NCBI GenBank assembly: GCA_964510165.1
Contig: CAZEBC010000003.1
Location: 1 to 24,407, forward strand
Direction: 5' to 3'
DNA length: 24,407 bases
DNA from: an uncultured bacterium
Lineage (GTDB): Bacteria; Abyssobacteria; SURF-5
Part shown: in pieces, positions 9,196-16,796 of the stretch
Layout of the letters: every line of letters starts with the position of its first letter
Position numbering within the stretch: position 1 is the stretch's first letter
Made by a program: the position numbers and the translations under genes
Notes under the pieces: generated by a model
The model's database searches: none
What the model was told of the DNA's origin: nothing
The model's input: only the letters and a program-made list of their open reading frames with translations

Positions 9196-9262
9196 CCTAG
9201 ACTATCGAATATCGCTTGAGCCCAGCAGCCTAGACGTCGAATATCACTTGAGCCGACCAGCC
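9196..9262 (-). repeat. Imperfect ~34-bp tandem duplication of the archease 3' end
   Basis: GGCTGGTCGGCTCAAGTGATATTCGAC-GTCTAGG (9262-9229) is followed directly by GGCTGCTGGGCTCAAGCGATATTCGATAGTCTAGG (9230-9196). Confidence 0.85.
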
Positions 9263-9679
9263 TCCGTCGGACCGGGAAATCTTCAGTTCGTGGTAGGTCG
9301 CCGCCTTGACGCTGACTCCCAGCGAGTGTTTGCCCTGGTCATAGGGTTCGCCCATTGCCGTCGCCTGCAGCGACGTCTCGGTTACGGACTCGACCTGGAA
9401 CTTGCTGAAGAACATACCGTTTACTTCGGACCGAAAGGCCAATTCATTGAGCCAGGCGACGAGCAGTTCATCGAGATTCTCGGCCTGCAGGCTGATTGTG
9501 GCCTTTTCTATGGGTTCCACGGTCGCCACATCGACCATGATATCGAACATTGCGCCTGCCGCCAGAGCAAAGACTTCTTCCAGTGTCTTTCCCGTGACCG
9601 CGATGCCGATGTCGGCGGTGTGCTCTATGTTCTGGTAAGCGCCCTTTATTCTTGCGGCGTCAACGACACTCTTCGCCAT
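9230..9679 (-). CDS. Archease (RtcB activator)
   Basis: Y..IEHTADIGI...GKTLEEVF..AA.AM, LLVAWLNEL, GEPYD..KH, VKAATYH.L, C-terminal VIFDV. Adjacent to rtcB. Start ATG 9679 (GGAG SD); 9706 is an alternative. Confidence 0.95.
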   Translation of the reverse strand: MAKSVVDAARIKGAYQNIEHTADIGIAVTGKTLEEVFALAAGAMFDIMVDVATVEPIEKATISLQAENLDELLVAWLNELAFRSEVNGMFFSKFQVESVTETSLQATAMGEPYDQGKHSLGVSVKAATYHELKISRSDGGWSAQVIFDV

Positions 9680-9706
9680 TGCCTTTCTCCGAGGGAACGC
9701 TGACAT

Positions 9707-10309
9707 CTAGCCGGCAAGACTCAACAGCTCTCTTACAACAAGTATAATAAAGCCCGCAGCTATTAGCAACGCCCACAGGTTCGTCATCCGAGAGCCGACA
9801 TGCTTGGCCCCGAGAAACAGGACGCTGGTAAGCAGATCGAGACATATCAGAGCCCTGAGGTAGGAGTCGGAATGAGGGAGAACCCTTGGTCTCTGAATGA
9901 CAGCATGCAGGAAAAACAGCAGATGGGCGATGCTCAGCGTGACAACGAGCGCAGCAGCGGGAAATAGTTTAAAGACAGCTTGTTCGGGGGGCGGCTCAGG
10001 CTCAACCTGAGCCAGCGCGCGGGGCGCTTGAGCATCCAAGGAACGTCGCTCATAGCACGGCACGCAATACAATACTCCAAGCTTGCTCAAACGGTACCCG
10101 TTAATGAGGGAGCCGCCGCAATTGGAGCAGCGTCCGGACAGATAAATCTCGGCCGCGCGCTCGCGCGCTTTTTCCTGGATGGTTCCGCCGAAGCAGTCGG
10201 GACAGAATCGAAGGCCGAGCGGACTCTCTCTGTAGTCAGAGCCGAGTGCGGCCCCGCATCGCGCGCAGACTGCATGCTCCGGCCAGTCGTCCGATTCTTG
10301 TGGGAACAT
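9707..10309 (-). CDS. Hypothetical membrane protein with two N-terminal C4 zinc-finger-like repeats and 3 C-terminal TM helices
   Basis: CARCG...LGLRFCPDCF and CSNCG...LGVLYCVPCY repeats, Pro-rich linker, three hydrophobic segments. Co-oriented with and abutting the archease ORF. Confidence 0.7.
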   Translation of the reverse strand: MFPQESDDWPEHAVCARCGAALGSDYRESPLGLRFCPDCFGGTIQEKARERAAEIYLSGRCSNCGGSLINGYRLSKLGVLYCVPCYERRSLDAQAPRALAQVEPEPPPEQAVFKLFPAAALVVTLSIAHLLFFLHAVIQRPRVLPHSDSYLRALICLDLLTSVLFLGAKHVGSRMTNLWALLIAAGFIILVVRELLSLAG

Positions 10310-10378
10310 GTCGGGGGTTCTTGAGAAATTCCCGTTTAGCCGAACGCGCCGCCCGAACCCCGCCGCCGGTCACCGAAG

Positions 10379-10807
10379 TCAAACGCGAGTGTGATGTGAG
10401 GTGTTTGACGGCGGGGATGCTGTTGACGAACCCTTATCGACGAGCGCCTTGACCCGCTTTATCAGGTCGCGTGTGTTGAAAGGCTTTGTCAGGAGGTCGG
10501 TCGCCAACTTGTCGACACCCTCATCCTCAAGCTGTTTCGTCTTAAGGATGTTGCCCGTAATGAGCATGGCCGGGGTGTCCTTCATCTTGGCGCTGCGTCG
10601 CATCATCTGGAGCAGCTTGACGCCCGTCACTTTGGGCATAACCACATCGAGAATGACGGCGTCAAACTCATGCTTCTTGAGAAGCTTAAATGCCTGCTCG
10701 CCGTCACGCGCCGTGTGGACGACTATGCCCTCGTGTTCCAGAATGGCCTTGATTACCTGAAGGACATCCGGCTCGTCATCGGCAACCAAGACTCGTTTCT
10801 TCCCCAT
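10379..10807 (-). CDS. Single-domain response regulator (CheY-like receiver)
   Basis: RVLVADDE, phosphoacceptor LDVVMP, ITG, TKPF. No output domain. Confidence 0.93.
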   Translation of the reverse strand: MGKKRVLVADDEPDVLQVIKAILEHEGIVVHTARDGEQAFKLLKKHEFDAVILDVVMPKVTGVKLLQMMRRSAKMKDTPAMLITGNILKTKQLEDEGVDKLATDLLTKPFNTRDLIKRVKALVDKGSSTASPPSNTSHHTRV

Positions 10808-11014
10808 ATCGAATCCCCCCGAGTTGTGCGCGGTTGAGACGCTCCGTGTATCGTTAGGATGATAAGAACTCGAATCTGTGGGGGACTTGTCTGTTCATCT
10901 CCGCCATCTTGATATGGGGACTACCGTGTTCCGCTTCTATCAGCAGACCAAACGAATGAAAGGACGTTTGGGAAAACGAAAAATAAGTATGATGATGATT
11001 CCCCAAACCTCAGC
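10801..11014 (-). promoter_or_regulatory. Structured 5' leader sequestering the response regulator RBS and start codon (candidate cis-regulatory RNA)
   Basis: Nested complementary pairs 10911-10920/10801-10810 (10 of 10), 10880-10887/10812-10819 (8 bp with one GU), 10867-10872/10820-10825 (6 of 6), plus an upstream CCAAACG/CGTTTGG hairpin. Confidence 0.5.
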
Positions 11015-11020
11015 GTGCAC

Positions 11021-11049
11021 ATTCTATCACGTGCATCCCCATTTTGCAA
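11021..11049 (-). promoter_or_regulatory. Sigma70-type promoter for the response regulator / RNA-repair gene run
   Basis: Minus strand TTGCAA (11049-11044), 17-bp spacer ending in TGn, TAGAAT (11026-11021). Confidence 0.65.
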
Positions 11050-11111
11050 GAGCAAAAATTTCCGGTCTTGCCGGAGGGCCGCATGCCGCCTCATGCGTCG
11101 CTCGTCATTAC

Positions 11112-11141
11112 TCGACGAATTCAAGTCGCATGTGGTATATT
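11112..11141 (+). promoter_or_regulatory. Possible sigma70 extended -10 promoter for the GT-C-like gene
   Basis: TGTGG-TATATT (11131-11141); weak -35 TCGACG at 18-bp spacing. Confidence 0.45.
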
Positions 11142-11198
11142 TGCGATGCGAGGGATCATTGCGTCACGGCATGCATATGGTCGCCATTAGGGTTTGAT

Positions 11199-12503
11199 AT
11201 GACGAATCAGCACAGACAGATCAGATGGTTGATGGCCCTGGCATACGTGGCATTTTCGTTCGCGTTCAGGATAACCATGACCGGTCCCGATTCAGGGGCG
11301 CCCGATCTGACCGGCGACTTGACGATGAACTACGACGTTCTCGCCGAAATTATCGGCGCGAAGTCCATAATTGACGGGACATTCGACATGTACGTGGGAA
11401 GGTATTCGATAGTCGCAATTCCGCCGGACGGCGTCGCGATCTCCTATCCGCCGCTTACATCCTACCTGCAGGCGCCTATAGTGTACCTGGGACTCCGCAG
11501 CGGTTGGCAGTTGTTCGGAATGCCGATGATAATCGCGTGCGGATTCCCATATATCATCGCAAGCGCCCTGTGTTGCCTGCAGGCGGGAGTTGTCTTGAGA
11601 AGATCGCTGAACGTATCCGATGAGATGACAATCACCGCCGCAGTATTCTTGCTGATGACTTCGTCGCTCCTGTTCTGGGTGGTCACGTATTCTGCGCGGT
11701 TCGAGTTTGTGGCAGCCCTGTTCCTTTTGCTTGCCATGTCGGCTGTTTCGGCGCGGCGTTACGGGTGGGCTGGCATAAATGTGGGACTCGCTCTTATGAC
11801 CAAGCAAATAGCGCTGCCTGCCGCACTCGTCTTCATGGCGGTGATCGGAACCGAACTGCTCCGTCGGGAGATTCCGCTCCGGAATGGAATTCGTTTTCTT
11901 GCGGGGGCGCCGGTTTCCTTCGTGATGCTGGTTCCCTTCTGGCTCGCGAGTCCGCACGACCTTCGGGTAGGCTTGTTCGATACGCCGGCGAAAGTGCCCA
12001 TACTTCGGGTGAGCGTTATAAACGTCATCTTGCAGGCGGGGAAAATGGTATTTGCGGAGGATTCCTTGCGGCGATTCCTGATGCTCCATTCAAACACGAT
12101 ACTCCTCGCGGCATGCGTGAGTTTTGTCGCGTTCGTCGTCTTCCGCAAGGATGTCAGGCCGGGCACAAGCAGGTTTTGCGCACTTGTGGCGATAGCCTCC
12201 TTCTTCTTTCCGGTGCTGTCGAAATATCCCGAGATAACCCGCTACGCGGCGATCGCGTCAGTGTTCGTTGTGCTGTGGGGCGCCTCGCGGAAGCCCGGCT
12301 TTCCCTATGACGCCTTGTGGTTTGTGGGCATACAATCATTCATGCTCGACCACGTGCCAGTGGTCTGGAAGCAACAAACAGGTTTACTCTTCTACGCGCT
12401 TGTGTGCATCTACATCTATCAGGCGGCGTTCCGCGGGAATCGTCCGGCAGAGCTTCGGAGTCGAAGCGAGGCCCCGGATGCCGACGCCTCAGGCCACGCC
12501 TAA
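11199..12503 (+). CDS. Polytopic membrane protein, probable GT-C fold glycosyltransferase (GT87/PMT-like)
   Basis: About 10 or more TM helices; early loop D..NYD...; SYPPL motif; ARFEF..A; GLALMTKQ; LVPF. Start moved from 10878 to ATG 11199, downstream of the promoter. Confidence 0.65.
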   Translation: MTNQHRQIRWLMALAYVAFSFAFRITMTGPDSGAPDLTGDLTMNYDVLAEIIGAKSIIDGTFDMYVGRYSIVAIPPDGVAISYPPLTSYLQAPIVYLGLRSGWQLFGMPMIIACGFPYIIASALCCLQAGVVLRRSLNVSDEMTITAAVFLLMTSSLLFWVVTYSARFEFVAALFLLLAMSAVSARRYGWAGINVGLALMTKQIALPAALVFMAVIGTELLRREIPLRNGIRFLAGAPVSFVMLVPFWLASPHDLRVGLFDTPAKVPILRVSVINVILQAGKMVFAEDSLRRFLMLHSNTILLAACVSFVAFVVFRKDVRPGTSRFCALVAIASFFFPVLSKYPEITRYAAIASVFVVLWGASRKPGFPYDALWFVGIQSFMLDHVPVVWKQQTGLLFYALVCIYIYQAAFRGNRPAELRSRSEAPDADASGHA

Positions 12504-13019
12504 CCCCAGCTTCTGAAGGCCGATGTGATCGTTCTCCACCTCGACCAGCGCCTGGAAGAATTCCTTCACCACGGGCTCGGTGGCCGATTCGGCCGCAGAT
12601 GTGTAAAACGTGACGGCTTTTTCCTCTCGCCGGAGCGCCTCTTTATAATGGTCCTCGGTCGTCATCCCTGTGCACGCTGAGGGGTTGTCCTGGACCGTCA
12701 TCTTCGGGCGCTTCAAGAACTTGCAGACCCTGGAGGCATGCTCGGCCTCTATTCGCGAAAGCGCCTTGAACATTGCCTGTGCCACAGGCTCGGCAGCGGC
12801 GCCCATCGCGCAGCGGTAGAACTGGACGTTGTCGATCTCCAGTTTCAGGGAAGCTTCCAAGTGCTTCCGGGTGACTTCGGTCAATTCAGGTATTTCCTGC
12901 TCGACCCAGTTCTCGGCAAGGATCAGATACATCGCAGGTGCGCCGCAGTGCGGGCAGTTCGACGGCTTGGTGTTTCCCAAGTACGGCTCTTCACATACCT
13001 TGCATTTGAACACATTCAT
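12489..13019 (-). CDS. Rubrerythrin-like protein: N-terminal rubredoxin-type knuckle plus ferritin-like diiron domain
   Basis: CKVC..Y....P..CPHCGA; diiron pattern E..N..FY / E..H / E...V.FY / E..H. ATG 13019 with GAGGT SD. 3' end overlaps the convergent gene by 15 bp. Confidence 0.88.
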   Translation of the reverse strand: MNVFKCKVCEEPYLGNTKPSNCPHCGAPAMYLILAENWVEQEIPELTEVTRKHLEASLKLEIDNVQFYRCAMGAAAEPVAQAMFKALSRIEAEHASRVCKFLKRPKMTVQDNPSACTGMTTEDHYKEALRREEKAVTFYTSAAESATEPVVKEFFQALVEVENDHIGLQKLGLGVA

Positions 13020-13119
13020 GACCTCGCGCTCCTCCTTCCCCAAAAACACCCGTTCCCATTGTAAGAACTATGACATTCCTCCCTGATTATCGCCACTTTG
13101 CCTCCGCAGACGGGTCTGA

Positions 13120-13148
13120 TTGACAGCGCGTTCGGCTTTCTCTAGAAT
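13120..13148 (+). promoter_or_regulatory. Near-consensus sigma70 promoter
   Basis: TTGACA (13120-13125), 17 bp, TAGAAT (13143-13148). Confidence 0.8.
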
Positions 13149-13162
13149 TATGCCCGATTGGT

Positions 13163-14467
13163 ATGATGATTCCTTGGACGAGCACACAGAGGTTCCGCAG
13201 TTTCATCGGGCTGATTCTCGCCGGGGCGCTCATGGCGCTTTCGCACGGTCAAACCGAGGCGGAAGACAGAGTTGTTGTAACAGAATTCCGGATTGAAAAT
13301 GATATCGGCGTCGAGAACGCGGGGGAAATCGCAACCCGTTGGCTAACGGACTCCATCCGCCGCATCGCGCCGCATGTGCAATTGATCGAGAGCAGCGAGG
13401 CCGCTGAACTGGCGCGACTCACGGTTCCCATAACAATTGATGGGCTTTCTCCGTCGATCGCCGCATCCCTCGGAAAGTCCATAAACGCAACCCACGTCAT
13501 CGGAGGAAGCATCGCCTTATGGAATGAGCGGTACGGCGTGACCATTACATTGCAGGACCTCTCCGGCGGCCCCGCAAAGATCGAGCGTGCCTGGGCACGC
13601 GGGGTGAATGAGATACCTGAAACGATTGAGGAACTTGCCGAGACCATGTTTTCCTTGCAACCGAAATCGAGCGCGACAAGCTCAAAGGCAAAGCCTGAGA
13701 CTGCGAAGGCCGCCTCCACGGGCAAAATCCCTGCCGAAGCGGCAAAGCTCCTCGAGAAGCATCCCGAAATGGTGTTCGTGCCGGAAGGCGAGTTTCTCAT
13801 GGGAAACGACAATGACAGCGACGCCGACAACATGCCGGTAGACCCCGCGCGCCGCGAGAGCGTAAGCCGAATGTTGCTCATCGCAGCCGAAAAGCCTGAG
13901 CACAAGGTATTCGTCAAGGGATTCCTTATTGACAAATACGAAGTCACGAATGCCGACTACAAGAAGTTCAGGCCCTCGCATGAGTTTACTCCCGAGCAGG
14001 GCGATCATCCGGTCACGGGGATCAGTTGGCATGATGCGAGCGCGTATGCCAGATGGGCGGGCAAACGGCTGCCGACCGAGCGGGAGTGGGAGAAGGCCGC
14101 GCGCGGTGTTGACGGCCGGAAATGGCCGTGGGGAGACATTTTTGAGCGAGGTCGCTGCAACCTCGGCAGCGCAGTCGCGCCGGTCGGCAGTTTCGAAGGA
14201 GACAGGAGCCCCTACGGTGTGTATGACATGGCAGGCAACGTGCAGGAATGGACTTCGAGCAACTTCATCGCGTATCCGGGCAACTCAGCCACCGAGGTCA
14301 CGTTCGACCCACGGAAAAAAGTCGTGAGGGGTTCCTGTTACGGGGGAAACGATTTTCTGGCCCGATGTTCGATGCGGTTCTGCTCCCTTCCGGGCGAGCC
14401 GGGGGCTCGGCCACAACAAGATAATTACAGCGTCATCGGTTTCCGTTGCGCGATGGACATCGACTGA
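13163..14467 (+). CDS. SUMF1/EgtB/PvdO (FGE-sulfatase-like) domain protein with signal peptide and N-terminal TolB-N/CsgG-like domain
   Basis: MVFVPEGEFLMG, EKPEHKV, F.IDKYEVTN, PVTGISWHDA..YARWAGKRLPTEREWEKAARG, SPYGVYDMAGNVQEW, IGFRCA. Confidence 0.9.
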   Translation: MMIPWTSTQRFRSFIGLILAGALMALSHGQTEAEDRVVVTEFRIENDIGVENAGEIATRWLTDSIRRIAPHVQLIESSEAAELARLTVPITIDGLSPSIAASLGKSINATHVIGGSIALWNERYGVTITLQDLSGGPAKIERAWARGVNEIPETIEELAETMFSLQPKSSATSSKAKPETAKAASTGKIPAEAAKLLEKHPEMVFVPEGEFLMGNDNDSDADNMPVDPARRESVSRMLLIAAEKPEHKVFVKGFLIDKYEVTNADYKKFRPSHEFTPEQGDHPVTGISWHDASAYARWAGKRLPTEREWEKAARGVDGRKWPWGDIFERGRCNLGSAVAPVGSFEGDRSPYGVYDMAGNVQEWTSSNFIAYPGNSATEVTFDPRKKVVRGSCYGGNDFLARCSMRFCSLPGEPGARPQQDNYSVIGFRCAMDID

Positions 14468-14484
14468 ACCACGAACTCAAGAAC

Positions 14485-15477
14485 ATGACGAAACAGCGAT
14501 CCGGCGAAGGCTCGAAGTTTCTCCCGATTTCCCTTCACACGCTCCGGGTGGATACTGTCACCAATTTCGACATATACATGAAACTGTCCGAACGAAATCG
14601 GGAGGATCGCTTCGTGCTCTACCGCAAGCGGGACATATTGTTCACCGAGCGCACCCGCGACAGCCTCATTGAGCACGGAACCGACCGGCTTTACATCGAC
14701 GTTTCGGACAAAGCCGAATACCAGCGCTACCTCGAGGGCAATCTGGAGAGGATCATCAAAGACGCGGGCGTTCCGATGGACGAGAAATCGAGCATCGCGT
14801 ACACGTGCGCGACTGGCCTGGTCGAGCAACTATTGGAGAATCCCCGCTCCGGAGAACACGTCAAGCGCTCGAAAGTCGTCATCTCAAGCCTTGCGAACTA
14901 CCTGCTGAGCGAGGCAACCGCTTTCTTCAGTCTGCTGGCGACAACCTCGTTCGATTACTATACCTACACGCATTCGGTCAACGTGGCGGTCTTCGGCATT
15001 GCGCTTGCGCATCGTCTCGGACGATACACCCAGGAAGAGATAAAGGAGGTCGGCGCGGGCCTGATCGTCCACGATATCGGCAAGGGTGTCATCGAAAAGA
15101 GGATTCTCAACAAGCGGGGCGCTCTGAACAAGAGCGAATGGGCCGTCATGAAGGAGCACCCCGAGAACGGCGTCAGGCTTCTCACTGCCTCTGGGGAGAC
15201 CAGCGGGACAGTCCTCATGATTGTGATGGACCACCACGAGAAACTCGACGGCTCGGGCTACCCCAGAGGATTGAGGGGCGAAGCGATACACCCGTATGCC
15301 CGTATAGCGGCTATCGCCGACATATTCGACGCGCTCACGACACAGCGGCCATACAAACTGGCTGAACGCTCGTACCCGGCGCTGCGGACCATGAGAGATG
15401 AGATGAGCAAGGCCCTGGACGAGGACCTCTTCAAGGAGTTTGTCCTCTTGCTCGGAGCTGATGCGAAGGGGCCTTAG
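14485..15477 (+). CDS. HD-GYP domain protein (putative cyclic di-GMP phosphodiesterase)
   Basis: YTYTHSVNV, HDIGK, EHPENG, HHEKLDGSGYPRGL, IADIFDALT..RPYK. Confidence 0.93.
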   Translation: MTKQRSGEGSKFLPISLHTLRVDTVTNFDIYMKLSERNREDRFVLYRKRDILFTERTRDSLIEHGTDRLYIDVSDKAEYQRYLEGNLERIIKDAGVPMDEKSSIAYTCATGLVEQLLENPRSGEHVKRSKVVISSLANYLLSEATAFFSLLATTSFDYYTYTHSVNVAVFGIALAHRLGRYTQEEIKEVGAGLIVHDIGKGVIEKRILNKRGALNKSEWAVMKEHPENGVRLLTASGETSGTVLMIVMDHHEKLDGSGYPRGLRGEAIHPYARIAAIADIFDALTTQRPYKLAERSYPALRTMRDEMSKALDEDLFKEFVLLLGADAKGP

Positions 15478-15490
15478 CGCGTGCGCGGCT

Positions 15491-15520
15491 TTGCGCGCGG
15501 ATATGGCGCTGTGTTACAAT
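15491..15520 (+). promoter_or_regulatory. Sigma70-type promoter
   Basis: TTGCGC (15491-15496), 18-bp spacer ending in TGn, TACAAT (15515-15520). Confidence 0.55.
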
Positions 15521-15580
15521 TCCACACTACGGAGACGCTTCGGGCAGCTCCCACGAAGAAAACCGACGGGAGAAATGAAG

Positions 15581-16747
15581 ATGAGGTTTTTAATCTCTTT
15601 CGCCATCCTGATGTTTTTCCCCGCCGTGGCGGCCGCCTCCACTGAAAGGCCCACCTTGAGCGGCCCCCTCGACGTCGTCAAGTTCAAGGACAGCAGTTAC
15701 GAAATGGTGGGCGAGATCGTCGAGGAATATGAGGATTCAGTGGTGATAATCCCGGAGAACGGAGGCCGCATTAAATTGAGGCGCGAGTTCGTCGGCGAGA
15801 TCAAGTATGACGCCCGACCGCCTCGTCAGGTTGAGACAAGGGAGTTGGTTGCCGACTTCACCCGGTGCGTCGCGCGCATGGTCACAAGCGAGAAACCGTT
15901 CCGAGTGGTCAAGGTAACTCCGCAAGCCGTCTATCTGAACCTTGGACTTACGGGAGGCGTTCGGCCGGGGGTGGAGCTCAATGTCTACCGCGAAGGCGAC
16001 ACCATCACGGATTCCGAAACCGGCAGGATACTTGGGCGCGAGAAAGAGCGCATCGGCATACTGCAAATCGTCGACGTGCAGAAGGACTATTCAAGAGCGG
16101 CGCCCGTGGAAATGTCTGTTGCCGAGTTCAGGGAAGGTGACGCCGGCGTGTTCTTGCGAGAGTCGCCGACGCTGGCAGTCGCCGGGATTACGACCCTCGA
16201 TGGAAAGGAAAGCCCGTATGGCTCGCTGCTCTCCGAACAGATCGTTTCCGGGTTCAACGAGTATCCGGGAATCAAGGTGGTCGAACGCAGACAACTCGGG
16301 CAGATACTCCGGGAGCTTGCGATACAGAACGCCCTGCTCGGCCCTTCGACCTCGCCGGACATTTCGACTGATTCAACGAAACATGGCGAGCCTGAGAAGA
16401 GTCTGTCGCTGGGCGCCGATGAAGAGCCGATTGTCGTTGACGAATCAATGGCCCAGAAACTTCGCCAGATCCAGGGCGCCGACGCGCTCATAGTTGGAAC
16501 GGTCGCGGACGTCAAAGGCGTGGGAGCAGTCAATCTTCGGGTGGTTGACACCCACACGGCGGCAGTCCTTTACAGCACACACCGGATAGTGGGCAAACCG
16601 GAGAAGCCTGTTCGCACGCCAGCGCCTGAGGAACCGACCGTGCAAGAAGCATCGCAGGAGAGGTCAAAGACCAAACGGGAGAGTCCCCCGGCCGAAAGCA
16701 CGGCGGATGCAGTTGACCGACTCCTTCGCGCCGTGTATCAGAGATAA
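15581..16747 (+). CDS. Exported protein with FlgT C-terminal-like and CsgG/TolB-N-like domains
   Basis: Signal peptide MRFLISFAILMFFPAVAAA; VYLNLG..GGV.PG..L.VYREG..I.D.ETG..LG (FlgT-C-like); KVVERRQL..IL.E and GADALIVGTV..VNLRVVDT.T (CsgG-like). GGGAG SD before ATG 15581. Confidence 0.75.
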   Translation: MRFLISFAILMFFPAVAAASTERPTLSGPLDVVKFKDSSYEMVGEIVEEYEDSVVIIPENGGRIKLRREFVGEIKYDARPPRQVETRELVADFTRCVARMVTSEKPFRVVKVTPQAVYLNLGLTGGVRPGVELNVYREGDTITDSETGRILGREKERIGILQIVDVQKDYSRAAPVEMSVAEFREGDAGVFLRESPTLAVAGITTLDGKESPYGSLLSEQIVSGFNEYPGIKVVERRQLGQILRELAIQNALLGPSTSPDISTDSTKHGEPEKSLSLGADEEPIVVDESMAQKLRQIQGADALIVGTVADVKGVGAVNLRVVDTHTAAVLYSTHRIVGKPEKPVRTPAPEEPTVQEASQERSKTKRESPPAESTADAVDRLLRAVYQR

Positions 16748-16796
16748 TTGAGATTTTCCGGACGTGCGTCCGGTTTGGCCAATATAGGACGAAACG

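Noticed and set aside
9196-9262. Mini-CRISPR array
   Set aside because: Only two abutting copies with no spacer, one copy is coding sequence, and no cas genes are present.
9066-11050. Sigma54 (-24/-12) promoter for the rtc genes, with the 22930+ activator as RtcR
   Set aside because: I found no GG-N10-GC consensus in these spacers, and the activator has a GAF rather than a CARF sensor domain and lies about 13 kb away.
10878-11198. 107-aa N-terminal extension of the GT-C-like ORF
   Set aside because: It spans the divergent promoters and the structured leader, and its composition is not protein-like.
13068-13083. GGAGGA-ATG-TCA-TAG mini-ORF upstream of the rubrerythrin-like gene
   Set aside because: The SD abuts the ATG with no spacer, so initiation is unlikely.
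16758-16776. CCGGAC-GTGC-GTCCGG-TTT as an intrinsic terminator
   Set aside because: Short stem and only three Ts; it cannot be distinguished from chance or an operator.
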